From: Macrostomum lignano
Taxonomy: Eukaryota
DNA: 64,000 nucleotides
Assembly (NCBI GenBank): GCA_002269645.1
Contig: NIVC01000040.1
Coordinates: 62,001-126,000, forward strand
Reading direction: 5' to 3'
How positions within the stretch are numbered: the first letter of the stretch is position 1; each line of letters begins with the position of its first letter. The translations under genes were made by a program, and so were the position numbers. The notes beneath the pieces are model-generated. The model was not told the origin of the DNA, made no database searches, and worked only from the letters and a program-made list of their open reading frames with translations. Below, one piece after another: positions 24,842 through 35,581 of the stretch.

Positions 24842-25445
24842 TGCAGAGCAGCTCAGTGGTATACGCGTCTGACTCACGCCCCACGGCCTCTGGTTCGATT
24901 CCATGTGTTCAGGAGAATTGGCCATGCAGTTGTGGGGGGGGGGGGTTCGTGCGATTTACATCCGTAAGGCGAATCTTGGGGGCGATTACCACGTTGCTCA
25001 TCCAAGCACTGGCGCTGATCTTCTCGATAATTTGCTCCTCCGTTACCGCCTCCTTACCGCCACCGTTACCGTGTCTGAATCACTGGGTGAGCATCCAGCA
25101 CAAGCACTACTGTCCATTTGTTGCCGTACGAACATTGTTTCCAAGTGCAGTCAAATTAATTTGGGGCTAAATTGGAATCTCGGCTTGGCTCCGCTCGTGC
25201 AATTAACGGCCTTGAGGGCCAACCCCCAAGGCGCAGTGAAGTGTACATGCCTAACGATAAATAAAGTTAGGGCCGCTGTACACTCCTGTGTGAGTGTGTG
25301 CCTGTGCGTATGACTGCGTACGTATCCGCGCGCTTGTGTGCCTGCTCAGGGGAGTCGGCGGAATGGGCAGCAATGCCTCTAGCCGGTTGTGTGACAATGT
25401 CGCTTAAAGTGCGCCAGGGTGCACACAGCCTCCGGCCTCTAATTA
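24842..25445 (+). mobile_element. tRNA-derived SINE-like element
   Basis: A-box GCAGCTCAGTGG and B-box GGTTCGATTCC at 24850-24902. Body segments recur at 22100-22260 (GCGCGCTTGT..TGCTCAGGGG..CGGAATGGGC) and, inverted, at 28338-28430. Confidence 0.55.
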
Positions 25446-26118
25446 TCAATGTAAATAATTGAACTATCTTTAGCAGCTAAAATTAAATCATTTAACATCT
25501 AACCATATATTCTTGTTGATCAACTTAAACCAGCCGTTTGAAAGGTAAAATTTCTGGACAAAAAGTATTTCTGGACCCAAGCTGACCCAAGCTGACGTTA
25601 ATGATGAGCAGCACAATTGACTTCAGAGCTAAGTCTATTGAGAAGCAATCCGGTCGAGTGCAAACAACACTGCTTATTGAGTGTTTACCTGCTTGATTTA
25701 CTCAATGACGTTCGCTCAATGTCGATGACCCTTTGAATTGACAAAACAAACAGTAAGTTCTCGGTATTTGTTTTGTGGCCTTGGAGCCTTCAGTTTTCGC
25801 TAATTCTACCATCAGCTGTGCAACCAATGCAAACAATTTAGTTTCGTAGTTATAGAACTCATATAACAGGCAACGCAGGTAAATCATTTGCTGAGATTAA
25901 GTAACAAAATTATAGACAGCGGAATTTATCAGTTCAAATCGATAATCTGAAAACTTAAAGGTAAGCTGTTCGATTAACAATTTGCACCTGCAGGCATACA
26001 CATGACGATGAGCCAACTGTCAGAAGACGCTTAGCTTATGCAGTTCACAATCTGAATATATAAATGCCAATCAAAAGTAAATAAAAAATCACTTACATTG
26101 CAGGAACGAGCAGGAACA

Positions 26119-27327
26119 ATGAAATGTTCGAAAGCGGCACTTGTTGTTTTATTGACAGCTATGTTCGTCTGGCTTCTGAGTAAATTATACCACAGCAGCA
26201 TCAGCAGCAGCCGCAGCCTCAATCCGTCACAAGACAAAACCGTGGCAGCGAAACCACAGAGTGCAGTACGCGAATATCGCAGGACAGAATCTGAGGCCAA
26301 CGCCTTGAACCAACCGGCACTGCAGAAATCCTACCAACTGAGCATCCCGCCGGTCATTCACAGACCGCTGCCAGAAAAAATGTGTGACGCCTATCGAGAG
26401 CTCCGCAGCGTCAACTTCCTGCACAAGTCCATCAGCGAGAGCATCTGCGAAGGCGCCGCCGCCTACACCATCGTGGACAGCGCGTTTCCACTGTGCCGAC
26501 TCAAGCAGCACCTGCCGCAGGTGCTCATCGAAGGCGTCAGAGCTGGAAGCCTTCAGACATACATCAGAAGCCCCCTCACCCAGAGAAACGTCACCAGCTT
26601 CGTCTACTCCAGTACCGACTACATCTCGACCATAATTCATGGCTCGCACATCTTCGAGGAGCGGAACGTCCGCACCATGCAGCGAATCATTCGCAAGCTG
26701 GCCGCCAAGTCGCCCGTCACCTTCGTGGACGTCGGCTCGAACATCGGCGTGTTCAGCCTGTCGATCCTCGATCTCGGAGTGCCCGTCATCGCGCTGGACG
26801 CGAACATCCGCAACCTGATTCGAATCAAGCTGTCAGCCGAGGCGGCCAGTTCGCCTCACAAGCTGCACCTGCTGTGGAACTTCGTCAGCAGGCAGGTGTC
26901 GCTCATGTACCTGAACTTCCAGGAGGACTGCAATATGGGCGGCGCCACCAAGTTCGGCAGGGCCGTCGTCGACACGATCCCGGTGATGTCGGCCACCGCG
27001 GACTCCATCGTGCCGCTCATCGACACGAAGCTGGTCGTGTTGAAGGTCGACATCGAAGGAGGCGAAGGCGAGTTCTTCAAGAGCGCGCAGAAGCTGTTCG
27101 ACAGCGTCACAATTCCCGTGGTGCACATGGAGTGGCTGAGGAAGCACATGAGCGAGGAGGAGCGCCAGTTCATGATCAGCTTCTTCGCTGAGAGGCGTTA
27201 CAGCCCGAGGAGCATGAACGATCTCACGAAGTTGATCAACATCAGCCACACAGGGTATCAGGGAGAGGACCTTGTTTGGGTGCACAACAACTTCGAGGAT
27301 GCAGGCGGTATTGTTAATTTAAATTGA
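26119..27327 (+). CDS. FkbM-family (Methyltransf_21) SAM-dependent methyltransferase with N-terminal signal-anchor, 402 aa; coding region intronless
   Basis: MKCSKAALVVLLTAMFVWLLSK hydrophobic anchor, S/P/Q-rich stem, SAM motif I FVDVGSNIGVFS, ALDAN, and FkbM motif LKVDIEGGE. A splice acceptor (TTACATTGCAG) lies just upstream of the ATG. Confidence 0.88.
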   Translation: MKCSKAALVVLLTAMFVWLLSKLYHSSISSSRSLNPSQDKTVAAKPQSAVREYRRTESEANALNQPALQKSYQLSIPPVIHRPLPEKMCDAYRELRSVNFLHKSISESICEGAAAYTIVDSAFPLCRLKQHLPQVLIEGVRAGSLQTYIRSPLTQRNVTSFVYSSTDYISTIIHGSHIFEERNVRTMQRIIRKLAAKSPVTFVDVGSNIGVFSLSILDLGVPVIALDANIRNLIRIKLSAEAASSPHKLHLLWNFVSRQVSLMYLNFQEDCNMGGATKFGRAVVDTIPVMSATADSIVPLIDTKLVVLKVDIEGGEGEFFKSAQKLFDSVTIPVVHMEWLRKHMSEEERQFMISFFAERRYSPRSMNDLTKLINISHTGYQGEDLVWVHNNFEDAGGIVNLN

Positions 27328-28337
27328 GCATGTACGCTCTTAGCTATTTCTAATCTGTTTCACTGAAAGGCGTGTGTTATTATGCCAGCTTTGTAGACCA
27401 TCTTTATGCGTGTTTTGTAGTCGTAAAATGTCTGATTTTTATAAGTGCGTTGATCGCTGCAGAATATAGTTTTTTGATTTTTACTCATTTTTGACTTGGT
27501 CCGTATCTACTAACAGCTAATAAAGATAAGAAAATTAATCTAGCTAGCTAGATTATATTTTTTGAATATTGTCATTGATATCTTCCTGAACTATTGGCAG
27601 TACAATCTATACACTAAAGTCCAATATCTCAATACTCGTATATGGATTTATTGTGTTTATTCACCCGAAACCACAGATATTGGAATAACTACATGCGGAT
27701 GGGCCATTTAGCACATTTTCGTGTAAACAAACTGAAGTGTATTGTAAACGCACTTAATACTTGTAGCTCATACCCGTACTTTGCTGATTAGCGTTTCCCT
27801 GTTATTGCCCCATTCATTTATGTCTATGACTGCGACCTTATTGCCTTCCGCCGAGCGTGTCTTCTCTCTAAGCAAGTCGTCGGCACGAAGCTACTCGTAT
27901 TGCAGCGCAAACATAAAGCACAGGATTACAAGACATAACACTTACATTACAGACATATTTTCAGTTCAATAGTAAATTTTAATCAAGCATTTTAATGTAC
28001 TTTTAAAGCCAAGGCTCATTTATTGGCTCTTACCACTCAGCTTTAACCCTCTAACGGCGCCTTTCCACCCCACCCCCGCCCCGCCCCAATTTTATTGCCT
28101 TTCTCAGAATTCCCGCCTAAAATTTCAACTATGTACATTTCAGCTGACTCACTAATGTACGAGTACATTATTGCTGAACTAATTAGCAAGTTGTTTACGC
28201 CTGCAAGCTTGGCTTCCATAGATAAACTTACCAGTCATTTCAGCCATAAAATAGCGTTATGCATCACTCTTTGCTACTTAACTGAAAGTAGAAAACTGTT
28301 TGTTTTACTAATTTTATAAATGTATGCCTGACTTGCA

Positions 28338-30395
28338 CAGCGGTGATCACTTTATTTATCGCCAGGGTTGGGTCTCAAGGCTGTAGTTGCAGGAGCAGAG
28401 CCAAGCCGAGATTCAAATTTAGCCCTGGATTAACAGTAGAACTACCAAGAGGGGGGGAAAATTCCCCCCCCCCCTGACAATTTTTTTCGCTGCGCCGGAA
28501 CGGAGCAACGCAGGCACACGAAATTCAAGAACACGGGCTAACTTTTTGTTGCGCACCTTCTCAAACACGAATCAAGTCGCCAGCCCTTCGGACCGTCGAG
28601 ATATTCGACGATTCTGCCAGAAGGTCGGATTTTTCCCATAAGTGCTAGTGTATTCAGTACACCCCTGTGTGCCAATTAGCACTGCGCCTCAGTGCAGCCT
28701 TGCCAAGTCTCCAAATTTCATCAGCACGTCGAACAAATGTGTCTGCATCAGTTCTGACTTCGTTGGTCACTAGCCTTCACCCAAGTGGAGCTTCTGGACC
28801 TTCAACAGCTGTGGCACCAGGTGACTATGGACACCCTGATGCGGATTTCTCTAGTTTCGCCGATCAAGCCTCGACAGTGGGCAAGAATCAACCGCCAGAC
28901 ATTCTCAGCTAGCCTCTCAAGCATTCCGTCATCATCCCGACGCCGTCGGCTCCTTCAACAGATTACACCAGGTGACTATGGACACCCTGATGCGGATTTC
29001 TCTAGTTTCGCCGATCAAGCCTCGACAGTGGGCAAGAATCAACCGCCAGACATTCTCAGCTAGCCTCTCAAGCATTCCGTCATCATCCCGACGCCGTCGG
29101 CTCCTTCAACAGATTACACCAGGTGACTATGGACACCCTGATGCGGATTTCTCTAGTTTCGCCGATCAAGCCTCGACAGTGGGCAAGAATCAACCGCCAG
29201 ACATTCTCAGCTAGCCTCTCAAGCATTCCGTCATCATCCCGACGCCGTCGGCTCCTTCAACAGATTACACCAGGTGACTATGGACATCCCTGTTGCAAAT
29301 ATGTCAGGTTTTTCTTATCAAGCTTCAATAATGGGCAAACCTCAACTGCTGGACATCCTCAGCAAGTCAGTCAAGCATTCAGCCATCACCCCGACGCCGT
29401 CGGCACCTTCAACAGGTGGCACCAGGGGAGTAAGGACACCTGAGCTGATTTTTCATCATGCTCTTAACATTTCTGAATCATTAAAAAATGAAAAAACCGA
29501 TTGAATTTACTGGCTTCTTAAAAGCATAACCCTTTCTGCATTGGGTTCAATATTATAGCTGAATAAACTAAACAGCTTTTCGAATAAAATATGGATGTAG
29601 CTCGTATGCATAAAAGTATGTGTAATAATAATATAAATATACAGCAACATGAGTTCAAGCTTAACTATAGCAATGCCCGTGCTTTAAAAATTTTGAGAGC
29701 TTCAGAAATGTAAAATCACGCTCAGGTGTCCTTACTCCCCTGGTGCCACCTGTTGAAGGTGCCGACGGCGTCGGGGTGATGGCTGAATGCTTGAGAGACT
29801 AGCTGAGAATGTCTGGCGGTTGATTCTTGCCCACTGTCGAGGCTTGATCGGCGAAACTAGAGAAATCCGCATCAGGGTGTCCATAGTCACCTGGTGCCAC
29901 AGCTGTTGAAGGTCCAGAAGCTCCACTTGGGTGAAGGCTAGTGACCAACGAAGTCAGAACTGATGCAGACACATTTGTTCGACGTGCTGATGAAATTTGG
30001 AGACTTGGCAAGGCTGCACTGAGGCGCAGTGCTAATTGGCGCACAGGGGTGTACTGAATACACTAGCACTTATGGGAAAAATCCGACCTTCTGGCAGAAT
30101 CGTCGAATATCTCGACGGTCCGAAGGGCTGGCGACTTGATTCGTGTTTGAGAAGGTGCGCAACAAAAAGTTAGCCCGTGTTCTTGAATTTCGTGTGCCTG
30201 CGTTGCTCCGTTCCGGCGCAGCGAAAAAAATTGTCAGGGGGGGGGGGGAATTTTCCAACCTCTTGGTAGTTCGACGGGCGGAAAAATGGCTTGGTATTCC
30301 TACTGTGTGACTGCACTTGGAATCGAGCCTGGGCCGCTGGCACATCATCACATTACCCCAGCGTCTTTGCTAGACGAACGCTGACCAACTGCTGA
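28338..30395 (-). mobile_element. SINE copy split by a foldback insertion (head ~30395-30273, tail ~28430-28338)
   Basis: The minus-strand head has GCAGTTGGTCAGCG and GGCTCGATTCC followed by CCAAGTGCAGTCA. The tail AAATTTGAATCTCGGCTTGGCTC..CCTTGAG..CGATAAATAAAGT matches the segment at 25141-25280. Confidence 0.45.
28439..30272. mobile_element. Foldback element: inverted arms 28439-29455 and 29715-30272 around a ~260-bp AT-rich spacer; the left arm carries a 151-bp tandem expansion
   Basis: Both arms start GAACTACCAAGAG..GGAAAATTCCCCCCCCCC and end GGGGAGTAAGGACACCTGAGC. The 151-bp period is seen at 28972/29123/29274. Confidence 0.85.
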
Positions 30396-31104
30396 AAAGT
30401 GAAACCCGGAAACTCCAAAAAAATTCGGTGTTATTTTTCACATTCAATTTAATTCAATATACTCGTATTCTAATCTATTCTTTTCTATTCTACCCAAATA
30501 TATTCTACTCTGATCCATTCTATTCTATTAATTCTATTATATTCTATTCTATTTTATCTATACTATTCTAATCATTCTTGTCTGCCTTTTGGCTTGACCC
30601 TGTTCCTCTCAACGTTTCTCTTTTGCCTTTGTTAAACTGCACCAATATGCTTTCTTCGCTACTGGCAGCAGCATAGGAAGTACATTGACTCCCTCCCTTT
30701 CTCCTAATGTTGAAGTCTTGATCATACACAGCATTTTGTATCCAAATTAATAGGGATTGCTGGTAATCCAATTACTCGTAATAAACAAAAGCGACAAAAC
30801 GCGCCACGTACTCCTTTAGGTTCAACTAGCAATCTACGCCCCCCGTTGGGGAGCCAAAGAAATGCAATACACGTATTTTTAATAAGCTACATGTAGCCTT
30901 GAAATCTTAAAAAATCTCCTGTCAAACTTCTAACCCTAACCAAAACCCTAAATTCAATATTTTGTCCATGAGTTTTTGCATGATCGATGCTTCTATGATT
31001 TTTGGCATGACGCTTCCATTGTTTTTGCATGACGCTTCCATTATTTTTGCATGATGCTTCCATGATAAACATTTTTAATAAGCTAAATGAGCCAAGTTAT
31101 AAGC

Positions 31105-31540
31105 TACCCTAACCCTAACCCTAACCCGAATCTTACCGCAATAACCCTGAACCTAACCCTAAACCTAAACCCTAATACCAACCCTAACACTAACCCTACA
31201 GCCTGACATCTGCATAAGTTTGTGAAGAGCTAGTAGTATTTTTTAGCTTAGTATCTTAGCGTTAGGGAGCCAAAAATACAGTACAAGTTTTGTAATAAAC
31301 TACATGTAGCATCTCTTTGCAATATACCTCAGAAGTCCCTTGTAAGCCTTGAAATGTCAGTAATTCCCCCCACAAGCTTTAACAAATCAACTCCCCCCTT
31401 GACATCTCAGCGATGCCCCAAATAAGCCTTGAAGTCTAAAAAAAATCTGTCAACCTTCTAACCCTAACCCTAGCCTAACCCTAACCCTAACCCTAGCCTA
31501 ACCCTAACCCTAACCCTAACCCTAACCTAACCCTAAAGCA
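31105..31540. repeat. Interstitial telomere-like (TAACCC)n tracts inside Helitron unit C
   Basis: CCCTAACCCTAACCCTAA runs at ~31105-31200 and ~31458-31535; degenerate copies at ~30930 and ~31900. Confidence 0.85.
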
Positions 31541-32349
31541 TTGTAATTTCAGTAATTCTGAGTCATTATAGCACTACTACAGCATTATAGCGATTCCCTG
31601 CAAGCCTCGACATCGTAGGGATTCCCAAATGAATCTCTTAACTTTGACATGAAGCTTCTTTTTTTTACACTATGCTTTTTCTATCAGCGAGCCCTGAGGA
31701 GCCAACAAAAAATGTAATAAAAAGTTTTCAATAAACTACATGTAGCTTCTGACTTTAGCCTTGAAATCTCATTTATACCCCCGTGAGCCTTGACATCTCA
31801 GCTATTCCCCCGTAAGCCTTGACATGTCAGCGATGCCCCCCATAAATCTTGAAATTTAAAAAAATCCCCTGTTAACCTTGAAACCCGATAAAATATAACC
31901 CTCAACCCACACCTGACCTAAACCTAACTTTAACCCAACCTAAAGCCTTGAAATCTCAGCAATTCTTCTCCCCTAAGCCTTGGCATTTTAGTGTTTCCTT
32001 CTTTAAGAATCACAGCACTATAACGATTTCCACCAAGCTTTGACATCGTAGCAATTCCCAAATGAATCTTTTAACTTCGACATGACTTTTCTTATATGTA
32101 TACATAGTGCTACTTTTATTTTTTACATGACTCTGCTTCTATCAGCGCCCCCCCCCTGTGGCGAGCCAACAAAGAATGTAATAAAAATTGAGTAAAGTAC
32201 ATGAACTTTGAAGTAGCTTCTGACTTTTGCTTTGACATCTCAGAAACCCCCCCCCCACCTGTAATCTCAGTTATTCTCTGTGAGCCTTGACGTCTCAGTA
32301 ATTCTCCCAGCACAGCACTGTACTATAGCTTCATTTAATTTTTATATGA

Positions 32350-33025
32350 CACCTTTCATGTCTGACATGACGCTTCTTTTGATTTTTACATGACGCTTCT
32401 TTTATTCTTCCATTATTCTTCTTAATTTTTTAAATGACACTTTCATTAGTTTTTATATGAGGCTTCTATGATTGTTTGCATGACGCTTCTATGATTTTAC
32501 CATGACGCTTCTATTATTGTTTGCATGACGCTTCTATGATTTTTACATGACGCTACTATGATTTTTACATGACGCTTCTATGATTTTTACAGGACGCTTC
32601 TATGATTTTTTACATGACGCTTCTATGCTTGTTTACATGACGCTTCTATGATTTTACCATGACGCTTCTATTATTGTTTGCATGACGCTTCTATGATTTT
32701 TACATGACGCTACTATGATTTTTACATGACGCTTCTATGATTTTTTCATGACGCTTCTATGATTTTTTCATGACGCTTCTATGATTTTTTATGACGCTAT
32801 TTTGACTTTTACATGACGCTTCTATGATTTTTTCATGACGCTTCCATGATTTTTTCATGACGCTTCTATGATTTTTTATGACGCTTTTATGACTTTTACA
32901 TGACGCTTCTATGATTGTTTACATGACGCTTCTATTATTGTTTACATGACGCTTCTATGATTGTTTACATGACGCTTCTATGATTGTTTACATGACGCTT
33001 CTATGATTTTTTACATGACGCTTCT
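32350..33025. repeat. Minisatellite, 22-23-bp monomer (CATGACGCTTCTATGATTTTTA), inside Helitron unit C
   Basis: Direct reading. Confidence 0.93.
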
Positions 33026-33779
33026 TTTTAAAAAGTCTTTTAGTTTTCCTGACGTTGAAAAGCTTTAATTAAAAAAATTATACTCTATGAAAATTCGAAC
33101 CATCGTCGCTGCATTTTGCAGTTCAGTTTGTTCACCTCTAGGCTAGCTCTCATCGTTTTGATAACAGCAGATTTTGCACTTATATAATTCAATAGTTTAA
33201 AATCCAAGCATAGAGTAAATCACACGAAGCAGTTATGACATAATCAGTTTCTCAGTCAGTCAGTATCAGTTAACAATATGGTTACGCAATTTAAATCAAG
33301 TCTGGTGCTACGCTTCCACACTGCATTTTCAATTCAAGTCGGAGTTACAATTCAGTTATGATGCAATCTATTTCAGAGTCAGAATTCAACCAGTCAGTTT
33401 TTTCTCTAGCATTCTTACAATGCATTTCAAGTCGAAAGAGCTGCTTGACCTTTGCAAAAAAGCATGTTTTTCGAATATTTAATGCCTTTAGCATCGAGCA
33501 ATTTCTTAGCCACGATGCATGTACAGTCACGGGAAAATTTCTGATCGAACAGTGCAAGTTCGAACAAAATCGGTCCAGCCATTTTTTCTCTAATCGATTG
33601 CGTACAAACAAGCAACTCATTTTTAGTATATAGGACTAGCAATCTTCGCCCCCCGTTGGGGGACATCTGTATAGAATCTCTGTTCTCTACAAGTAACAAA
33701 AAGACAGCCAAACAAAGCCTTCACAAAGACAACAGACAAACTGCTCAAATAAAGTGTAATGCAAAAAGAAATCATCCCA

Positions 33780-34445
33780 AGACAGCAAGCATCCCCCAGA
33801 TAGCAAGCATCCCCTAGATTGCAAGCATCCCCCAGATAGCAAGCATCCCCTAGATTGCAAGCATCCCCCAGATAGCAAGCATCCCCCAAATAGCAAGCAT
33901 CCCCCAGATAGCAAGCATCCCCAAATAGTAAGCATCCACCAGACAATAAGTAGCTAGTGCAACAATTTCCTTAGCTCTATAGTGGCTCCTTTAAAATTGG
34001 CATGACGCTTACTTTTACGTTTGAAATTGTGTATCTTTTATGTTTGACATGGTGGCTCTTTTATGTTTGACATGGTGGCTCTTTTATGTTTGACCTGGTG
34101 GCACCTCAATGTAATGATGGCTCTTTAATGTTTGACCTGGTGGCACCTCAATGTAATGATGGCTCTTTAATGTTTGAAATGGTGGCTCTTTAATGTTCGA
34201 CATTGTGGCTCTATAATCTTCGACATGGTGGCTCTTTAATGTTCGACATGGTGGCTCTTTAATGTTAGACATGGTGGCTCTTTAATGTTCGACATGGTGG
34301 TCCTTTTATGCTTGACATTGTGGCTCTTTAATGTTTGACATGTTGGTCCTTTTATGTTTGACATGGTGGCTCTTTAATGTTTGGCATGGTGGCTCTTTGA
34401 TGTTTGACATGGTGGCTCTTTAATGTTAGACATGGTGGCTCTTTA
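33780..34445. repeat. Subterminal Helitron repeats of unit B: 18-bp (GATAGCAAGCATCCCCCA) then 23-bp (ATGTTCGACATGGTGGCTCTTTA) arrays
   Basis: Direct reading; the same monomers occur at 42870-45990. Confidence 0.9.
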
Positions 34446-35581
34446 ATTTTTAACGTTTGTTAAACGTTTTTGACGTTTGTAACGCAAGAATTTTTTGTAT
34501 TTTTCGCGAATAAACTTGAAAAGTACAAAGTGAAACTTATGAACATGGCATTAAAAGTACAACCGATATGTCTCGTATACATAGCGTGTGCAATGGCTGC
34601 ATGTGACCAGATGAGTTCCTTTAATACTCTACGTTAGTCTATAGTCGCAGCCCTCGGATTCGCTCATTCCTGCCCTCAAATCCATAGTCAGAACAATCAG
34701 TTCGGCTCTATTTCCTTAGCCTTTGCGCTTTGCCACAGACTATTCATATTTGTTTCGCCAAAGATTAAGAAATGAAGTAAGACAAAAGCTTCATTCAGGG
34801 CCTTCGCCTTAGTTAAAATTGACATCTTGTGAGTTTCGTATATTATTCAACTTTCAATATATGGAAGACGAAGGCCCCGTCGCAAGTTGATGCAAATCGT
34901 TTTTTATGAGCTTACAGTCCACAGTTGTTACAGGTGACTTGAGATATTTTTGATTTTTGAAAAAAGACTGTCACTCGTAGTTTGCGTAAAAATCCATATA
35001 CTAAAATTCACTCTAATGTTAAGTTTTTGCGAACCTTGGAAAACTAAAAACAAAATTGTTTCGTCTTTTGCATAAATTTGCGATATAAAATAAGTAAAGT
35101 TTTTACACGAATTATAATGAAATTTCAGGTGAAAAATAAAAGACAAAATTAACTGCTCATCAAAGATTGAATTCATTAAAAGCAGTGCAAAAGAAGGTTT
35201 GTTTCAAAAGTTACTTTCGGCTAATATGAAATTGCCTTAAAATACAAATTAACTGTAAAGTGCAAATTGACTGTAAAAATTAATACAATGAATAAAATAA
35301 GCCTAATTGAGCTTCAACATAAAGTTCATCAGCTATTAGCTCGTACTCACTGCCATTGCAATATCTACGCTTCGTTAGAAATGAGGCTGGGGCAATAAGT
35401 TTCCTGCGATTCTTTTAGGAATGAGAGCTATTGACAGCTATTGCTTTAGAGAATGAGAGCTATTACTTAAGAGATATGGGGAAATAATTATTCTATTTTC
35501 CTTAAAAATAAATGAATATACTTTCTAGCCTTTTGCATAAGGAAAATTATTGCTCACCCCTCATTTTTTACGATAAATAAA

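Larger units (their letters stand above)
30826..33635 (-). mobile_element. Non-autonomous Helitron unit C (2.8 kb)
   Basis: 5' TCCTATATACTAAAAATGAG at 33635; 3' hairpin CCCCAACGGGGGG then CTAG at 30829-30826, followed by T. Confidence 0.78.

Noticed and set aside
24842-24905. tRNA gene
   Set aside because: A and B boxes are present, but I could not fold a cloverleaf with acceptor stem and anticodon arm; it continues into a repeated body, so it was called a SINE.
22834-27285. Overlapping opposite-strand and alternative-frame ORFs on the FkbM genes
   Set aside because: Shadow ORFs expected from GC-rich codon usage; no motifs.
31105-31540. True chromosome end or telomere fusion site
   Set aside because: The tracts are short, degenerate, all in one orientation and embedded in repeated modules inside a Helitron.
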